A stretch of DNA of 64,000 nucleotides from Escherichia phage FP43: the sequence record MN648445; one strand, given 5' to 3'. The notes beneath the pieces were generated by a model that made no database searches, was not told the DNA's origin, and worked only from the letters and a program-made list of their open reading frames with translations. Shown one piece after another: positions 27,548 to 37,755 of the stretch. The stretch's first letter is position 1, and every line of letters begins with the position of its first letter. A program made the translations under genes and the position numbers.

Positions 27548-27654
27548 AAAATGCACTTCTTATTGTACTAAGAACAATTTGTGATACGGGTTTTTACATT
27601 GCATGTTCGTTCACTGGAACATGGTTGGCTTTAACATATTTTAATGTAATTTAA
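27544..27654 (+). CDS. tiny hydrophobic peptide
   Basis: 36 aa, ATGA overlap with previous. Confidence 0.3.
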   Translation: MKNALLIVLRTICDTGFYIACSFTGTWLALTYFNVI

Positions 27655-27656
27655 TT

Positions 27657-27694
27657 GTTTACAACAAGGTAGGATTATGGTATAGTAGTCCTAC
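27657..27694 (+). promoter_or_regulatory. early-type promoter with stem-loop
   Basis: GTTTAC 27657-27662; GTAGGA/TCCTAC arms 27669-27674/27689-27694. Confidence 0.5.
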
Positions 27695-27714
27695 TGAAAC
27701 ATGAGGAACACAAA

Positions 27715-27915
27715 ATGGCTAAGCTTTTTAAAGATGTTGAAATTGGTGAAAAATTTGTTCTGAATAATGGTCAGCAGCTTATTCGTGTAGCTTCTATCGC
27801 CGGACAAACTCATAACTGTATCGCCCCAACGTGTTGGACTCGATTCTTTATTGAAGATGACACTGAATGTTTAACTGTTGAAGAGCTTTTTGAACGTTCT
27901 GATATAGCCGAATAA
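27715..27915 (+). CDS. hypothetical protein
   Basis: 66-aa ORF. Confidence 0.5.
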   Translation: MAKLFKDVEIGEKFVLNNGQQLIRVASIAGQTHNCIAPTCWTRFFIEDDTECLTVEELFERSDIAE

Positions 27916-27917
27916 AA

Positions 27918-27954
27918 TTGTACAAACTCTTGAGAGCAGAGTATAATGCTCTCA
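27918..27954 (+). promoter_or_regulatory. early-type promoter cassette with 8-bp stem (TGAGAGCA/TGCTCTCA) around TATAAT
   Basis: TTGTACAAACTCTTGAGAGCAGAGTATAATGCTCTCA; near-identical cassette at 56649. Confidence 0.6.
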
Positions 27955-27992
27955 TGGATTACAAAAAACATTAATCAATTGAGGAAATTAGC

Positions 27993-28439
27993 ATGTCCAA
28001 ATATTTAACTCGTAAAGACCTTCTGGCAGTTGGCGGTGAAGTTGTTGCAGTGGTTCGTAACGGCGAATACGGTTCTGAAGTTTCTAAAGAGTTTCGTTCT
28101 CGTGAAGGTTTTTACTTCTTTGTTAAAGGTTCATCTGATTGGCGACAAGTAGCAGCACGATTCTTTGTAGGACGTCAACGTTCTAAACAAGGGTTGGATG
28201 CAATTCTTTCTCACATTCGTCAAGGCCGTTCGCAACTAGCCCGTACCATGGGTACTAATAATATTGAATATGACGTAATCTTTGTTTCAGCCAAGAACAT
28301 GAAACCACTGACCACTGGTTATGGTAAAGGTCAATTGGCTCTGGCATTCACTCGCAACCATACATCAGAATATCAAACACTCACTGAAATGAACCGTCTT
28401 CTGGCCGATAATTTCAAATTCATTCTGCAGAGTTACTAA
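27993..28439 (+). CDS. ndd: Ndd nucleoid disruption protein
   Basis: 148 aa; SKQG ... LSHIRQ-x-RSQLART ... [13 protein letters not shown] ... ADNFKF match recalled T4 Ndd. Confidence 0.75.
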   Translation: MSKYLTRKDLLAVGGEVVAVVRNGEYGSEVSKEFRSREGFYFFVKGSSDWRQVAARFFVGRQRSKQGLDAILSHIRQGRSQLARTMGTNNIEYDVIFVSAKNMKPLTTGYGKGQLALAFTRNHTSEYQTLTEMNRLLADNFKFILQSY

Positions 28440-28446
28440 TTTATAC

Positions 28447-28476
28447 AGGCCTATTAAGTTAGGCCTTTAATTTATT
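28447..28476 (+). terminator. terminator-like hairpin
   Basis: AGGCCT-8nt-AGGCCT palindromic stem followed by T-rich tract. Confidence 0.4.
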
Positions 28477-28491
28477 TTTGAGGTAATTAAA

Positions 28492-28638
28492 ATGATATCA
28501 TGGATTATTGCATTGTTGTGTTGGTCGTTTTTATTCGTTAACACTTTAGTTACAGGCGAAACAACAGTATTTCAACAGGCCGTATCACAAGGCACCTTAG
28601 CGGTCTTAGCTCTTTTTAACGTGTTAAAAGGCGAGTAA
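28492..28638 (+). CDS. small membrane protein (stp/ac region)
   Basis: 48 aa hydrophobic ORF between ndd and gene 52. Confidence 0.4.
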   Translation: MISWIIALLCWSFLFVNTLVTGETTVFQQAVSQGTLAVLALFNVLKGE

Positions 28639-28778
28639 TGATTAAGAAAATCTTAGCAGGAGCCTTCGGGCTCTTGTTGTTGCTTACGGTTCTGTACTAT
28701 GGTGTGATGTTTGGACTAATCCAAGTAGTGCTTTTCATTTCAGATGTTATAATGGATATTCGTTCATTAATATGGTGA
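28638..28778 (+). CDS. small membrane protein (stp/ac region)
   Basis: 46 aa hydrophobic ORF, TAATG overlap. Confidence 0.4.
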   Translation: MIKKILAGAFGLLLLLTVLYYGVMFGLIQVVLFISDVIMDIRSLIW

Positions 28779-28782
28779 AAAT

Positions 28783-30108
28783 ATGCAATTGAATTCTCGT
28801 AATCTAAAAAGTATTATTGATAACGAAGCCTTAGCATATGCGATGTACACCGTTGAAAACCGTGCAATCCCAAACATGATTGATGGATTTAAGCCGGTTC
28901 AACGTTTTGTGGTTCATCGTGCATTAGATTTGGCTCGTGGTAATAAAGAAAAATTTCATAAACTTGCGTCAATTGCAGGCGGTGTTGCAGATTTAGGTTA
29001 TCACCATGGTGAATCTTCTGCACAAGATGCAGGTGCATTGATGGCTAACACATGGAACAACAACTATCCACTGTTAGATGGCCAAGGCAACTTTGGTTCT
29101 AGAACAGTCCAAAAAGCTGCAGCATCTCGTTATATTTTTGCTCGTGTAAGTAAAAATTTCTATAACGTATATAAAGATACTGAATATGCTCCAGCTCATG
29201 AAGATAAAGAACACATTCCACCAAAATTCTATCTTCCTATTATTCCGACAGTTCTTTTGAATGGCGTCTCTGGTATTGCAACCGGTTACGCAACAAATAT
29301 TCTGCCTCATAGTTTTAAATCGGTCAAAAAGGCTGTATTACAAGCTCTTCAAGGTAAAAATGTCACTAAGCCAAAAGTTGAATTCCCGGAATTCCGTGGT
29401 GAAGTGCATGAAGTTGATGGGCGTTATGAGATTCACGGAACATACAAGTTCACATCTCGTACTCAAATGCAGATAACTGAAATCCCATATAAATTCGACC
29501 GTGAAACGTATGTGAGTAAGGTTCTTGACCCGTTGGAAGACAAAGGTCTAATCTCATGGGAAGATGATTGTGGTGAACACGGCTTTGGGTTTAAGGTGAA
29601 GTTCCGTAAAGAGTACTCGCTTCCTGATGATGAAGAGCTACGTCATGAAAAAATCATGAAAGATTTTAGTCTCATCGAACGTCGTTCACAAAACATCACA
29701 GTGATTAATGAAAAGGGTAAATTAGCGGTCTACGATAATGTAGTAGACTTAATCAAAGATTTTGTTGAAGTCCGTAAGACTTACGTTCAGAAACGTATTG
29801 ACAACAAAATCATTGAATCTGAAAAAGCATTTAAACTGGCTTTTGCTAAGGCACACTTCATCAAAAAAGTTATCAGTGGCGAAATTGTGATTCAAGGCAA
29901 GACCCGTAAAGCTTTGACTGAAGAGCTAGCACAAATCGAAATGTACAAAGAACATGTCGATAAACTGGTGGGTCTTAACATCTTCCATATCACTTCCGAT
30001 GAAGCACGTAAACTAGCAGAAGAAGCTAAAGCTAAGAAAGAAGAAAATGAGTATTGGAAGTCTACTGATGTTGTGACAGAGTACACTAAAGACTTGGAGG
30101 CACTTTGA
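28783..30108 (+). CDS. 52: DNA topoisomerase II medium subunit (GyrA-like)
   Basis: 441 aa; N-terminal AMYTVENRAIPNMIDGFKPVQRF typical of type II topoisomerase A subunits. Confidence 0.9.
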   Translation: MQLNSRNLKSIIDNEALAYAMYTVENRAIPNMIDGFKPVQRFVVHRALDLARGNKEKFHKLASIAGGVADLGYHHGESSAQDAGALMANTWNNNYPLLDGQGNFGSRTVQKAAASRYIFARVSKNFYNVYKDTEYAPAHEDKEHIPPKFYLPIIPTVLLNGVSGIATGYATNILPHSFKSVKKAVLQALQGKNVTKPKVEFPEFRGEVHEVDGRYEIHGTYKFTSRTQMQITEIPYKFDRETYVSKVLDPLEDKGLISWEDDCGEHGFGFKVKFRKEYSLPDDEELRHEKIMKDFSLIERRSQNITVINEKGKLAVYDNVVDLIKDFVEVRKTYVQKRIDNKIIESEKAFKLAFAKAHFIKKVISGEIVIQGKTRKALTEELAQIEMYKEHVDKLVGLNIFHITSDEARKLAEEAKAKKEENEYWKSTDVVTEYTKDLEAL

Positions 30109-30184
30109 GTGCCCTAGCCTTAGGATTTCTAGGTGCAATAGCTGCACTAGTGATTTGGCTGTATTGGTTAGACAAACATGATTA

Positions 30185-30204
30185 GGGAGCTTCGGCTCCC
30201 TTTT
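30185..30204 (+). terminator. rho-independent terminator
   Basis: GGGAGC-TTCG-GCTCCC followed by TTTT. Confidence 0.7.
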
Positions 30205-30225
30205 GTGTTTTTTTCTCACAAAACA

Positions 30226-30296
30226 GTTTACATGTGCTTCAAACGTGATATTATAGACCTATCAAAACAAAACAACCAAATTGGAGAAATAAAATG
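30226..30296 (+). repeat. promoter/5'UTR cassette copy A (early-type promoter GTTTAC/TATTAT plus leader)
   Basis: about 70 nt nearly identical to 30547-30615, ending in AATTTGGAGAAATAAAATGTCTAAA. Confidence 0.7.
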
Positions 30297-30509
30297 TCTA
30301 AAATGAAATTAACCCAAAACACAACTACTCGTTTCGGTAAAGTTAAACCTGGTATGAATGCTCCTCGTAAAGCACTTGTTGAAGAATTAAATTTCTTAGA
30401 AGTTGAAATCAATTCTTTAGTGGTTCGCGGTTCAAATGGACGTCATTTAGAAAAGCTTCGTTCTAAAAAGGCAAAACTTATTGGCCTTATTAAAGAAATG
30501 AGTTTGTAA
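30294..30509 (+). CDS. hypothetical protein (motA.1 position)
   Basis: 71-aa basic ORF. Confidence 0.55.
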   Translation: MSKMKLTQNTTTRFGKVKPGMNAPRKALVEELNFLEVEINSLVVRGSNGRHLEKLRSKKAKLIGLIKEMSL

Positions 30510-30546
30510 ATTTTACCAGGGCTTTTTAAAAAGAGCCCAAAATAAA

Positions 30547-30615
30547 GTTTACTTTTGCTTCAAACATGATATTATAGACCTATCAAAACAAATACTAATT
30601 TGGAGAAATAAAATG
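30547..30615 (+). repeat. promoter/5'UTR cassette copy B
   Basis: direct repeat of 30226-30296 in front of motA. Confidence 0.7.
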
Positions 30616-31245
30616 TCTAAAGTTACTTACATCATCAAAGCTTCTGAAAACGCTCTGAATGAAAAAACTGCTGCAATAATGGTTTATATCATTAAGAACA
30701 ACTTCACCACTGCTGCCAATGTCCGTGAAGCCCTGGAAGCAGAATACAGTGCATCAGTTGTTAACTCTAACATTGGTGTATTGATTAAGAAAGGTTTAGT
30801 CGAAAAATCCGGTGATGGACTTGTAGCAACAGGCGAAGCAATGGATATTATCCAAAAAGCTGCAGACCTCTTTGCCCAAGAAAATGCTCCAGAACTTCTT
30901 CAGAAACGTAACACCAGAAAAGCACGTGGAGTTACTCCTGAAATGCATGAATTAGCAAACTTTGTTTTTGAAAATATTAAAGATAAAGTTGAAGTTAAAG
31001 AAATTGGTGAAAACCGTAGTAACTTAGAAGTTCGATTCGCTAAACGAGTTCTAGGCATTCGCCAAATTGAAATTCGACGAGATGGCGCTCTTAGAATCTT
31101 TGCATACAACATGTCAGAAACTGAATCAAAGCTGTTTACTTCTCTTGAAAATGATGTTAAGATTAAGATCGGTGGTAAATATACTTACATTGACTTCCCT
31201 AATGTGTCTAAAGAAATCATTACCCTTGTAACTAACGTACTGTGA
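30613..31245 (+). CDS. motA: MotA middle-transcription activator
   Basis: 210 aa; MSKVTYIIKAS ... NSNIGVLIKKGLVEKSGDGL matches recalled T4 MotA. Confidence 0.85.
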   Translation: MSKVTYIIKASENALNEKTAAIMVYIIKNNFTTAANVREALEAEYSASVVNSNIGVLIKKGLVEKSGDGLVATGEAMDIIQKAADLFAQENAPELLQKRNTRKARGVTPEMHELANFVFENIKDKVEVKEIGENRSNLEVRFAKRVLGIRQIEIRRDGALRIFAYNMSETESKLFTSLENDVKIKIGGKYTYIDFPNVSKEIITLVTNVL

Positions 31246-31255
31246 GGAATACATA

Positions 31256-31585
31256 ATGAATAAGCTGAATATTATTAACGAACTTCGTAAATGTGCAGAA
31301 CCTACTCAGGAAGGATGGGATATTTGGTACCACGGGGCTTATTTAGGGACAATTGTAAAGATTAAAGCAGGCCAATATACGGTTATTCGTGAAAATAATG
31401 ACGCGCCATTTGGCCTTCGTAAAAACTACATGGCAGCGATCAGTTCATTTGTTGATGCAGCTTACGAAATCTATAAAGAAGATTATAAAGAATATCAGCA
31501 GTCACAACCAGTTATTCGTTCGATTGGTGTAAATAAACAAGCACAAAAATCTATTTGGCAACGTATTAAGGAATGGTTTAAATGA
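31256..31585 (+). CDS. hypothetical protein
   Basis: 109-aa ORF. Confidence 0.55.
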   Translation: MNKLNIINELRKCAEPTQEGWDIWYHGAYLGTIVKIKAGQYTVIRENNDAPFGLRKNYMAAISSFVDAAYEIYKEDYKEYQQSQPVIRSIGVNKQAQKSIWQRIKEWFK

Positions 31586-32043
31586 AAACTTTTAAAGAAC
31601 GTTTAGCTCTGTTAGATAAAGCTTTGTCGCGTGAGACTCCGGAAAGTCTGGCTGCTAAATTAGCTTCTTACGGTGGTGAATATACAGAACAAAATGTTTT
31701 AGACGAAGTTCCTGAAATCTGTTGGCAGACTCTGTATTGGGATGAAAACCAAAAGTATCAACGACGAATTGTCTGCGCAGCCAACCGTTTTAAATTAAAA
31801 GATGGACGAACTCTTATTATTCCAGGTGCTCGTCATTATTCTAAAGATATGGCAGAAGTTTTAGATGTAGTTAAACCTCAATTAGTTACTCAACAAGTTT
31901 GTGATGATGACCAAGGGTTTATTGACCAATATAGTAATTATTGGACACGTGAAGAAGCAATGATTATTGCAACTTACGCTGGACAAGTACGTATTGAACG
32001 TGGTGGTAATGAAAAAGAACTTTACTCTGAGGACCTTTACTAA
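31582..32043 (+). CDS. hypothetical protein
   Basis: 153-aa ORF. Confidence 0.55.
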   Translation: MKTFKERLALLDKALSRETPESLAAKLASYGGEYTEQNVLDEVPEICWQTLYWDENQKYQRRIVCAANRFKLKDGRTLIIPGARHYSKDMAEVLDVVKPQLVTQQVCDDDQGFIDQYSNYWTREEAMIIATYAGQVRIERGGNEKELYSEDLY

Positions 32044-32324
32044 TGAATCTTAAACAACTCCAGATTGATGCTATTGAAGCCCACATTAATCATATCAAAC
32101 GCCTGAATGTTATGATGGAAGAAAATTATGGTATGTATGCTAATCAGCCTGGTTGGGATGCTTTAGATCATCCTTATTTGGTTAATTTATGTAAAGGTGA
32201 TACGTTAGCAATTATTCGTGATGGGTTAAAACCTTTCTTGCGCGACATGTATATTAAAATGAACGAAGAAATTATTAGCTCGTTGCAATATCAATTAAGG
32301 AAATTAGATGATGAGAATAATTGA
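32043..32324 (+). CDS. hypothetical protein
   Basis: 93-aa ORF. Confidence 0.5.
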   Translation: MNLKQLQIDAIEAHINHIKRLNVMMEENYGMYANQPGWDALDHPYLVNLCKGDTLAIIRDGLKPFLRDMYIKMNEEIISSLQYQLRKLDDENN

Positions 32325-32535
32325 TTCTAAAGCAGATTATTTTAATTCTGTTAATGATAAGAATAAAGCTTTAATTCGCCACTTTATTACTGAGATGGGT
32401 TATACTGACTCTAAAGATTTGAAAGAGCACATTATCGAATGTTCTGTGGCTAAAAAGTTTTCTTTCACAGACAAATGTTTAAATGAGGTTATAAATCATT
32501 ATGAACAATCTTGTAGCAAAACACGATTTCAATAA
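32308..32535 (+). CDS. hypothetical protein
   Basis: 75-aa ORF. Confidence 0.45.
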   Translation: MMRIIDSKADYFNSVNDKNKALIRHFITEMGYTDSKDLKEHIIECSVAKKFSFTDKCLNEVINHYEQSCSKTRFQ

Positions 32536-32609
32536 GGCTTCTGTCCATAAGGACAAGAAGAAATCAGAACTTCAATCTAAACGCAAACAAAAACATAAGG
32601 GTAAAGACT

Positions 32610-32909
32610 ATGCTTACTAAAATCAAAGAAAATCCTGCCACTGAACTTGTTATTCGTTGTGAAGAACTTGCAGAGCTTTATCAGGTTAACCGAGAAGTGT
32701 GTCGTAGTGTTATCGTAGATATGGAAGACGAAGTATGTTCTCGTATTCCTTTTAGTGTCGATTTCAATCACATGAAGCCTGGTGAAATCACTATCGTCTT
32801 TGGTTCTGACTATACTGAAGAACGGGCTCTTAATGCCCTAGAATATGAAATGTCATTCTTCGACATACAGGACTACATTGATAGTTATAAGGAACAATAT
32901 GAGTCATAA
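32610..32909 (+). CDS. hypothetical protein
   Basis: 99-aa ORF. Confidence 0.5.
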   Translation: MLTKIKENPATELVIRCEELAELYQVNREVCRSVIVDMEDEVCSRIPFSVDFNHMKPGEITIVFGSDYTEERALNALEYEMSFFDIQDYIDSYKEQYES

Positions 32910-33060
32910 TCTTCAGAACGTAGTAGAGGCCGAACGTGAGCGTGAGGCTTTAGTCTATAATGAACTATTAGCTCCGTTCTTAGCCTTACACTCGTACGAA
33001 CAAGAAGACTACATTGATTATGTTAAAAGCGTAGAAAAAGCCGTTTACAATCAACACTGA
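32900..33060 (+). CDS. small hypothetical protein
   Basis: 53-aa ORF; ATG 32900 preferred over upstream 32845. Confidence 0.35.
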
Positions 33061-33106
33061 TAATGGTACTATATCCATATCAACCAAGTGGAATGAATAA
33101 AACGTT

Positions 33107-33379
33107 ATGAATAAAGACATTGAAATCGTACGTGAAATTATTACTATTGCTTCTATTTTGATTAAATTCTCTAGGGAAGATATTGTTGAAGACCGAGCAA
33201 GTTTCATCGGATTCTTGAATGAGATTGGAATTAAAAAAGATGGTCGGCAGCTAAATCAGAATTCGTTCAGAAAACTAATTACAAATTTAACTGCCGAAGA
33301 AAAGAAAACACTGATTAGTGAATTCAATGAAGGTTTTGAAAATATTTATCGTCATTTAGCGATGTATTCTAACAACTAA
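33107..33379 (+). CDS. asiA: AsiA anti-sigma70 factor
   Basis: 90 aa; VREIITIASILIKFSREDIVE ... LNEIGI matches recalled T4 AsiA. Confidence 0.9.
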   Translation: MNKDIEIVREIITIASILIKFSREDIVEDRASFIGFLNEIGIKKDGRQLNQNSFRKLITNLTAEEKKTLISEFNEGFENIYRHLAMYSNN

Positions 33380-34039
33380 TTATTTAGCCCTTCCTAGTAT
33401 TCGGACCGCTTGGTTGCATATAGCTGCTAAGCGATCTTCCTCAAGTATATTACTCCCCTTATACCAATACATCGTCACAGTTCCAGCATAGATGTTATCC
33501 AAATTAAAGTATGGACAACTATACATATAAGAAAGTTCAGCAGTCTTAGATTTTGTAGGCAAAAATGCAAATTCTGATTTAGATGAGAAATGACGGCCAC
33601 TTAAATGAATTATATATTCATTGGCCGTTTTATCCACCGGGAATCCGCCAAGGGACTTTTCAGAAATTGTGCTAGGTAGTTTGCCTTCATAAGCTATAAG
33701 GTCGACGAAATAATTTAAGTTTTTAGGTCTGAAAGAATACACAGCACTAAAATCTGCACCAGATGAGATATGAACTATTTGCAGTTGTTCTAGAGCCGCA
33801 GATTCAAAACGTAAAGCTCGTTCTTTTTGGATTATTTCAGTATAAGTATCATACTTAGCTCTTACATAATAATCCAGCAAAATACTTCCTTTGTACCATA
33901 TTAGTGCCATTAGGAACAAAAGAATAATTACCGCTACTCGGGACATTAAAACCTTTCCAGTAGCGTTATCTTTGAAAATACGATCTAGCAACCCAAATAG
34001 AATATCACTAAGCGAAAATGATACTTTTGGTGTTGCCAT
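33380..34039 (-). CDS. t: T holin
   Basis: 219 aa; one N-terminal TM segment and a large periplasmic domain; matches recalled T4 holin; follows gene 38. Confidence 0.88.
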   Translation of the reverse strand: MATPKVSFSLSDILFGLLDRIFKDNATGKVLMSRVAVIILLFLMALIWYKGSILLDYYVRAKYDTYTEIIQKERALRFESAALEQLQIVHISSGADFSAVYSFRPKNLNYFVDLIAYEGKLPSTISEKSLGGFPVDKTANEYIIHLSGRHFSSKSEFAFLPTKSKTAELSYMYSCPYFNLDNIYAGTVTMYWYKGSNILEEDRLAAICNQAVRILGRAK

Positions 34040-34048
34040 AATACCTCC

Positions 34049-34600
34049 TTACTTAAAGATATTTATAATCGCTTTGATAATAGATTTGTTTTCAAGGTCA
34101 GGGAATTTAGGGAATTCGCCGCCAAGATGTTCATGTTTTTCTAAAAGGGCAAAGAATTTTTTGAGCTCTTTAAATTTTCGTTTTTCTTCTCTATTAGCAA
34201 CCTCTGCGTCAATAAGAGAACTTAAAACACTGAATAATTTATAGAGTTCATGAATTTTCTTATCACGTTGAACTACTCGTTTATATGCTTCATCTTCCTT
34301 CCACCCGTCGTCGGTCCAAATGTCAAATTCACCAGGTTCTTCTGTAGTAACATTTTGAAGAGCACCTGGAGTGTCAATAACAATTTTTTGCTTATCATAT
34401 GTCCATACTGTTTTTCCTCGATGGTCTTCAACATATACCCATTCTTGCTCGCGTTCGTCAAATATAACAGCATAGCCTTCTTTAGGGTCTAAAGGTTTTT
34501 TTGGTGTCGAATGAGCTGGAAATCCTACGCCTTTTAATGGTTTATAATTTTCTTCTTTGTAAAATTCTTTAGTGTCAAAATAATAGTGATAGAGTTTCAT
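34049..34600 (-). CDS. 38: gp38 tail-fibre assembly chaperone (T4-type, not T2-type adhesin)
   Basis: 183 aa; MKLYHYYFDTKEFYKEENYKP ... ALLEKHEHLGGEFP matches recalled T4 gp38. Confidence 0.85.
   Translation of the reverse strand: MKLYHYYFDTKEFYKEENYKPLKGVGFPAHSTPKKPLDPKEGYAVIFDEREQEWVYVEDHRGKTVWTYDKQKIVIDTPGALQNVTTEEPGEFDIWTDDGWKEDEAYKRVVQRDKKIHELYKLFSVLSSLIDAEVANREEKRKFKELKKFFALLEKHEHLGGEFPKFPDLENKSIIKAIINIFK
34060..34067 (-). promoter_or_regulatory. late promoter TATAAATA (minus strand) for gene t
   Basis: TATTTATA on the plus strand, about 20 nt upstream of the t start codon, inside the 3' end of gene 38. Confidence 0.5.
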
Positions 34601-34605
34601 ATTAT

Positions 34606-34624
34606 AAAAAGGGACAGAAGTCCC
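34606..34624 (-). terminator. rho-independent terminator on minus strand after gene 37
   Basis: GGGAC-4nt-GTCCC hairpin followed by TTTTT on the minus strand. Confidence 0.6.
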
Positions 34625-34630
34625 TTCTCC

Positions 34631-37600
34631 TTATGCTAAACGAACGATATAGTTAAAAGCAACGTTTTTAACAGTGTTTTCTGTATTTCCTGTGGCATTT
34701 ACAGTTATTGTATGGCCATGGGAACCAATTGCAACAGTATGAGAATGAGCACCAATACCCACCGAATGGGTATGAGCACCAATACCTACCGTATGAGCAT
34801 GGTTACCCGTAGAGCTAGTAGTTCCTGACCAACTATGGGTGTGGGCACCGTCATTTGATGTTTTACCGACCTTAGTTGCTAAAGTCGAACCAGTGATACC
34901 TGAGTTAATTTTAGCATATGAGTTTGCACCTATCGTAGTAACCCCGTCTCTAAACAAATCGTCTGCCCATGCAGCAGTGACCTGTGGACCTGAACGCGCG
35001 TGTTGGTGAGCTCCTGCGGAACTAGTATTACCACTCACTGTATGGTTATGGTTACCAGTGGTATTACTGGTCTTAGTACCATAATCAAAGCTTGAAGTCG
35101 TTTTGCTACCGTAATCAAAACTAGAAGTGGTCTTAGTACCCAAATCTGTGTTTGATGCACTTGCACTATGGCTATGTGACTTAACACCGTCTGCTTCTGT
35201 ACTTAATACAGCGCGCCCAGATGGTTTACCCTTGATAGTTTGACCACGCATATCAGGCAGAGCGCCAGAAGGATACACCGCAGCTAACTTAGGATACAAG
35301 CCAGTATCAAATGTTTGGCCTTCCATTATGGCATAACCTTCAGGAGGTGTATCGGTAGGCCAAGGAATCGGAGCACCAATTGGGTAACTCGAGACAATAT
35401 CCGTTTTAAGGTTATTTATTGTGGTATTCAAGTTAGCAAAGTTGCCAGAACCACCAGTAATATTACCATCAGTACCGAATTGAGCATTACCAACTTTTAA
35501 TGGTTTAGTAATATCGACAGAATCAGAGTTTAATGCAATACCATGTGAATATGTGTAGCTGTGCATACGAACGACGTTGCCGCCATCTCCAATACCTAAA
35601 TACCATTTCGGAACATCTGCTTTACGTCCTTGAATGAAGTTAGAAGACTCTTGTGTTGGAGCATTTATTCTAATAGCATCTGATGCCATATTTACTGTTA
35701 TGCGTTGACCAGCCGTAGTTCCAGCCGCTTCTACTTTAAATCTACCGCCGCCGATATCTACATCATGATCCATGGAAACTTTACCAGTACTTAATGTAAT
35801 ATAGAACGGACGTAAATTAGAAATACCACCTGATTCACCAACATTCTGTGGAGTTGGAATAATATAAAGCTTATCTTCAGAACGACGGAAAATAGCCCCG
35901 TATTCAGCATCGTAAATACGGAAAGCATCAGCAGTCCCGCCAATTTTAACCTGTCCAGTAATTGAGGCACCACCTTGAACAAACAATCCATTATTCATTG
36001 TAACGTTGCCAACTAGAGTGCTTAATCCGTTAACTCTAAGACTTCCGTCGGTTATTAAGCTTCCTCTAGCATTAACCTGTCCATTGAACTGAGTTACAAC
36101 AGGGCCTGTAGTTTCAGAACCGGTCGGAGCTACGCGTTGAGAATAGAAATAATAACCTTGGCCATCAGAAACCTCAAATACGGTTTCTCGAGCTTTATCA
36201 CCAGTAGCATTAAATGAGTTACCCCATGCTTTCACGGTCACATAACTTTTGTTCTGACCTGCACGAGTACCGCCTTCCCAAAGGATTTGTTTGGTGCCAT
36301 CAATACCTGAAGCCGCTTTAAAAACTAGAGAAGCATTAGTTCCATCACCATTAAAATATAATCCATTATTAAGTTTTAACGTTTGAACAGAAGCGATGGT
36401 ACCATCAGCACGCAAATTTAACGAATTTGAACCAGTTTTAATATCTAAAATGCCAGGCTCAACAAGAAGCCCATCACCCATACTAACGGACATACGACCA
36501 GTGCCACGGAAATAGTGATACATCTTGGCATTGCTGCTATAACCAATATGAGTCTGACCGTCACCGTTATTATTACCATCAACATCGGTACGCGCAGTAA
36601 ACATTGCTTGGTTGTTATTTGGGTAATCCCAAGTAGAACCAGAATCTCGACTATAACCAACCATCAATTTTTTAGTACTGTTAATACCGTTATTAAGAAT
36701 AGTGCCGGCAGAAATACCATTCGAAACTAAATCGATAACCCCGTCACGAACCCATTTAATACCAGTATCATTGTCACCAATTGCAATACCTTTACCAAAC
36801 GAAACCAATGGATAACGTCCTTGGTCACCAACATCAGCAAGACCTATACCTATCGAATTAGCAACAGACATACGCCCATCTGTGGTATAAGACCATTGAT
36901 AAACTTCAGCATTACGTCCCGTCCAATACGAAATATTCTGTGGTTTACCTGAACGAGCATCAGCAACTTCATGGAAAATAGCAGAAGAAACATGTCCGCG
37001 GAATTTACGAAGGTAGTTTATACCATTAGTATCCAAATCTGTTTCGGTTGGAGTATAGTGCCAAGTCGGTAATGAAACTAAATCATATGCAGTATCAATA
37101 TTAGTGTCCCAAGATTTAGTGCTCACATTGATATTTTTGGTAATAACTTTAGGACCAATTAAAGAACCAGCTTTAGTTTCAATATTACTTTGAGTAACTA
37201 AATATCCATTAGATACTAATAAACTTCCGGAATCAACTTGAAAATTACCGTTTCGATTAAAAGTCCAGTATTTTGAAGTCCCGGTTTCATCAATATAATG
37301 GAATTTAAAACTACCTTCGTTTACTAATGTACCAGCAGAAAAAGTTCCATCTTTATAGCGTTGTTTAATCAGTGGATGGTATTCTGAAACAGAAGTAGTT
37401 GAACTTAAATCTGTAAAGATAGGGGCTTTATTCGAATGTTGGTTAGCCCAAGCGCCATTTCCAGTGGTTTTAGGTAAAAATTCAATGTATTTTCCTGCAT
37501 AAACAAACTGATTTCCATTGAGATTATACGTGCCGTTTTGTAAATAATCGCCAGTTTGAGTTACATTACCGTTAATATCCCCACCCTTAGCAAAGCCTAG

Positions 37601-37747
37601 GCTAATAATATTACCGAGGTCATCTTTAGTAAAAAGAGTTCGATCTTTTAAGTTTATCGCTAATTCGCCTTCGGCTAATTGTGCTGCAGTAGGATTAACT
37701 CCTGCTACTTTGCTTCTTTTAAATTGTATCTGTTTTAATGTAGCCAT
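34631..37747 (-). CDS. 37: gp37 long tail fibre distal subunit (receptor-binding)
   Basis: 1038 aa; C-terminal His-box repeats ([26 protein letters not shown]) and KTTSSFDYG tandem repeats; synteny 34-35-36-37-38. Confidence 0.9.
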   Translation of the reverse strand: MATLKQIQFKRSKVAGVNPTAAQLAEGELAINLKDRTLFTKDDLGNIISLGFAKGGDINGNVTQTGDYLQNGTYNLNGNQFVYAGKYIEFLPKTTGNGAWANQHSNKAPIFTDLSSTTSVSEYHPLIKQRYKDGTFSAGTLVNEGSFKFHYIDETGTSKYWTFNRNGNFQVDSGSLLVSNGYLVTQSNIETKAGSLIGPKVITKNINVSTKSWDTNIDTAYDLVSLPTWHYTPTETDLDTNGINYLRKFRGHVSSAIFHEVADARSGKPQNISYWTGRNAEVYQWSYTTDGRMSVANSIGIGLADVGDQGRYPLVSFGKGIAIGDNDTGIKWVRDGVIDLVSNGISAGTILNNGINSTKKLMVGYSRDSGSTWDYPNNNQAMFTARTDVDGNNNGDGQTHIGYSSNAKMYHYFRGTGRMSVSMGDGLLVEPGILDIKTGSNSLNLRADGTIASVQTLKLNNGLYFNGDGTNASLVFKAASGIDGTKQILWEGGTRAGQNKSYVTVKAWGNSFNATGDKARETVFEVSDGQGYYFYSQRVAPTGSETTGPVVTQFNGQVNARGSLITDGSLRVNGLSTLVGNVTMNNGLFVQGGASITGQVKIGGTADAFRIYDAEYGAIFRRSEDKLYIIPTPQNVGESGGISNLRPFYITLSTGKVSMDHDVDIGGGRFKVEAAGTTAGQRITVNMASDAIRINAPTQESSNFIQGRKADVPKWYLGIGDGGNVVRMHSYTYSHGIALNSDSVDITKPLKVGNAQFGTDGNITGGSGNFANLNTTINNLKTDIVSSYPIGAPIPWPTDTPPEGYAIMEGQTFDTGLYPKLAAVYPSGALPDMRGQTIKGKPSGRAVLSTEADGVKSHSHSASASNTDLGTKTTSSFDYGSKTTSSFDYGTKTSNTTGNHNHTVSGNTSSAGAHQHARSGPQVTAAWADDLFRDGVTTIGANSYAKINSGITGSTLATKVGKTSNDGAHTHSWSGTTSSTGNHAHTVGIGAHTHSVGIGAHSHTVAIGSHGHTITVNATGNTENTVKNVAFNYIVRLA

Positions 37748-37755
37748 AAGTCCTC

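Noticed and set aside
35315-36730. Short plus-strand ORFs inside the minus-strand tail fibre gene 37
   Set aside because: Antisense to a 1038-aa conserved structural gene; low-complexity translations
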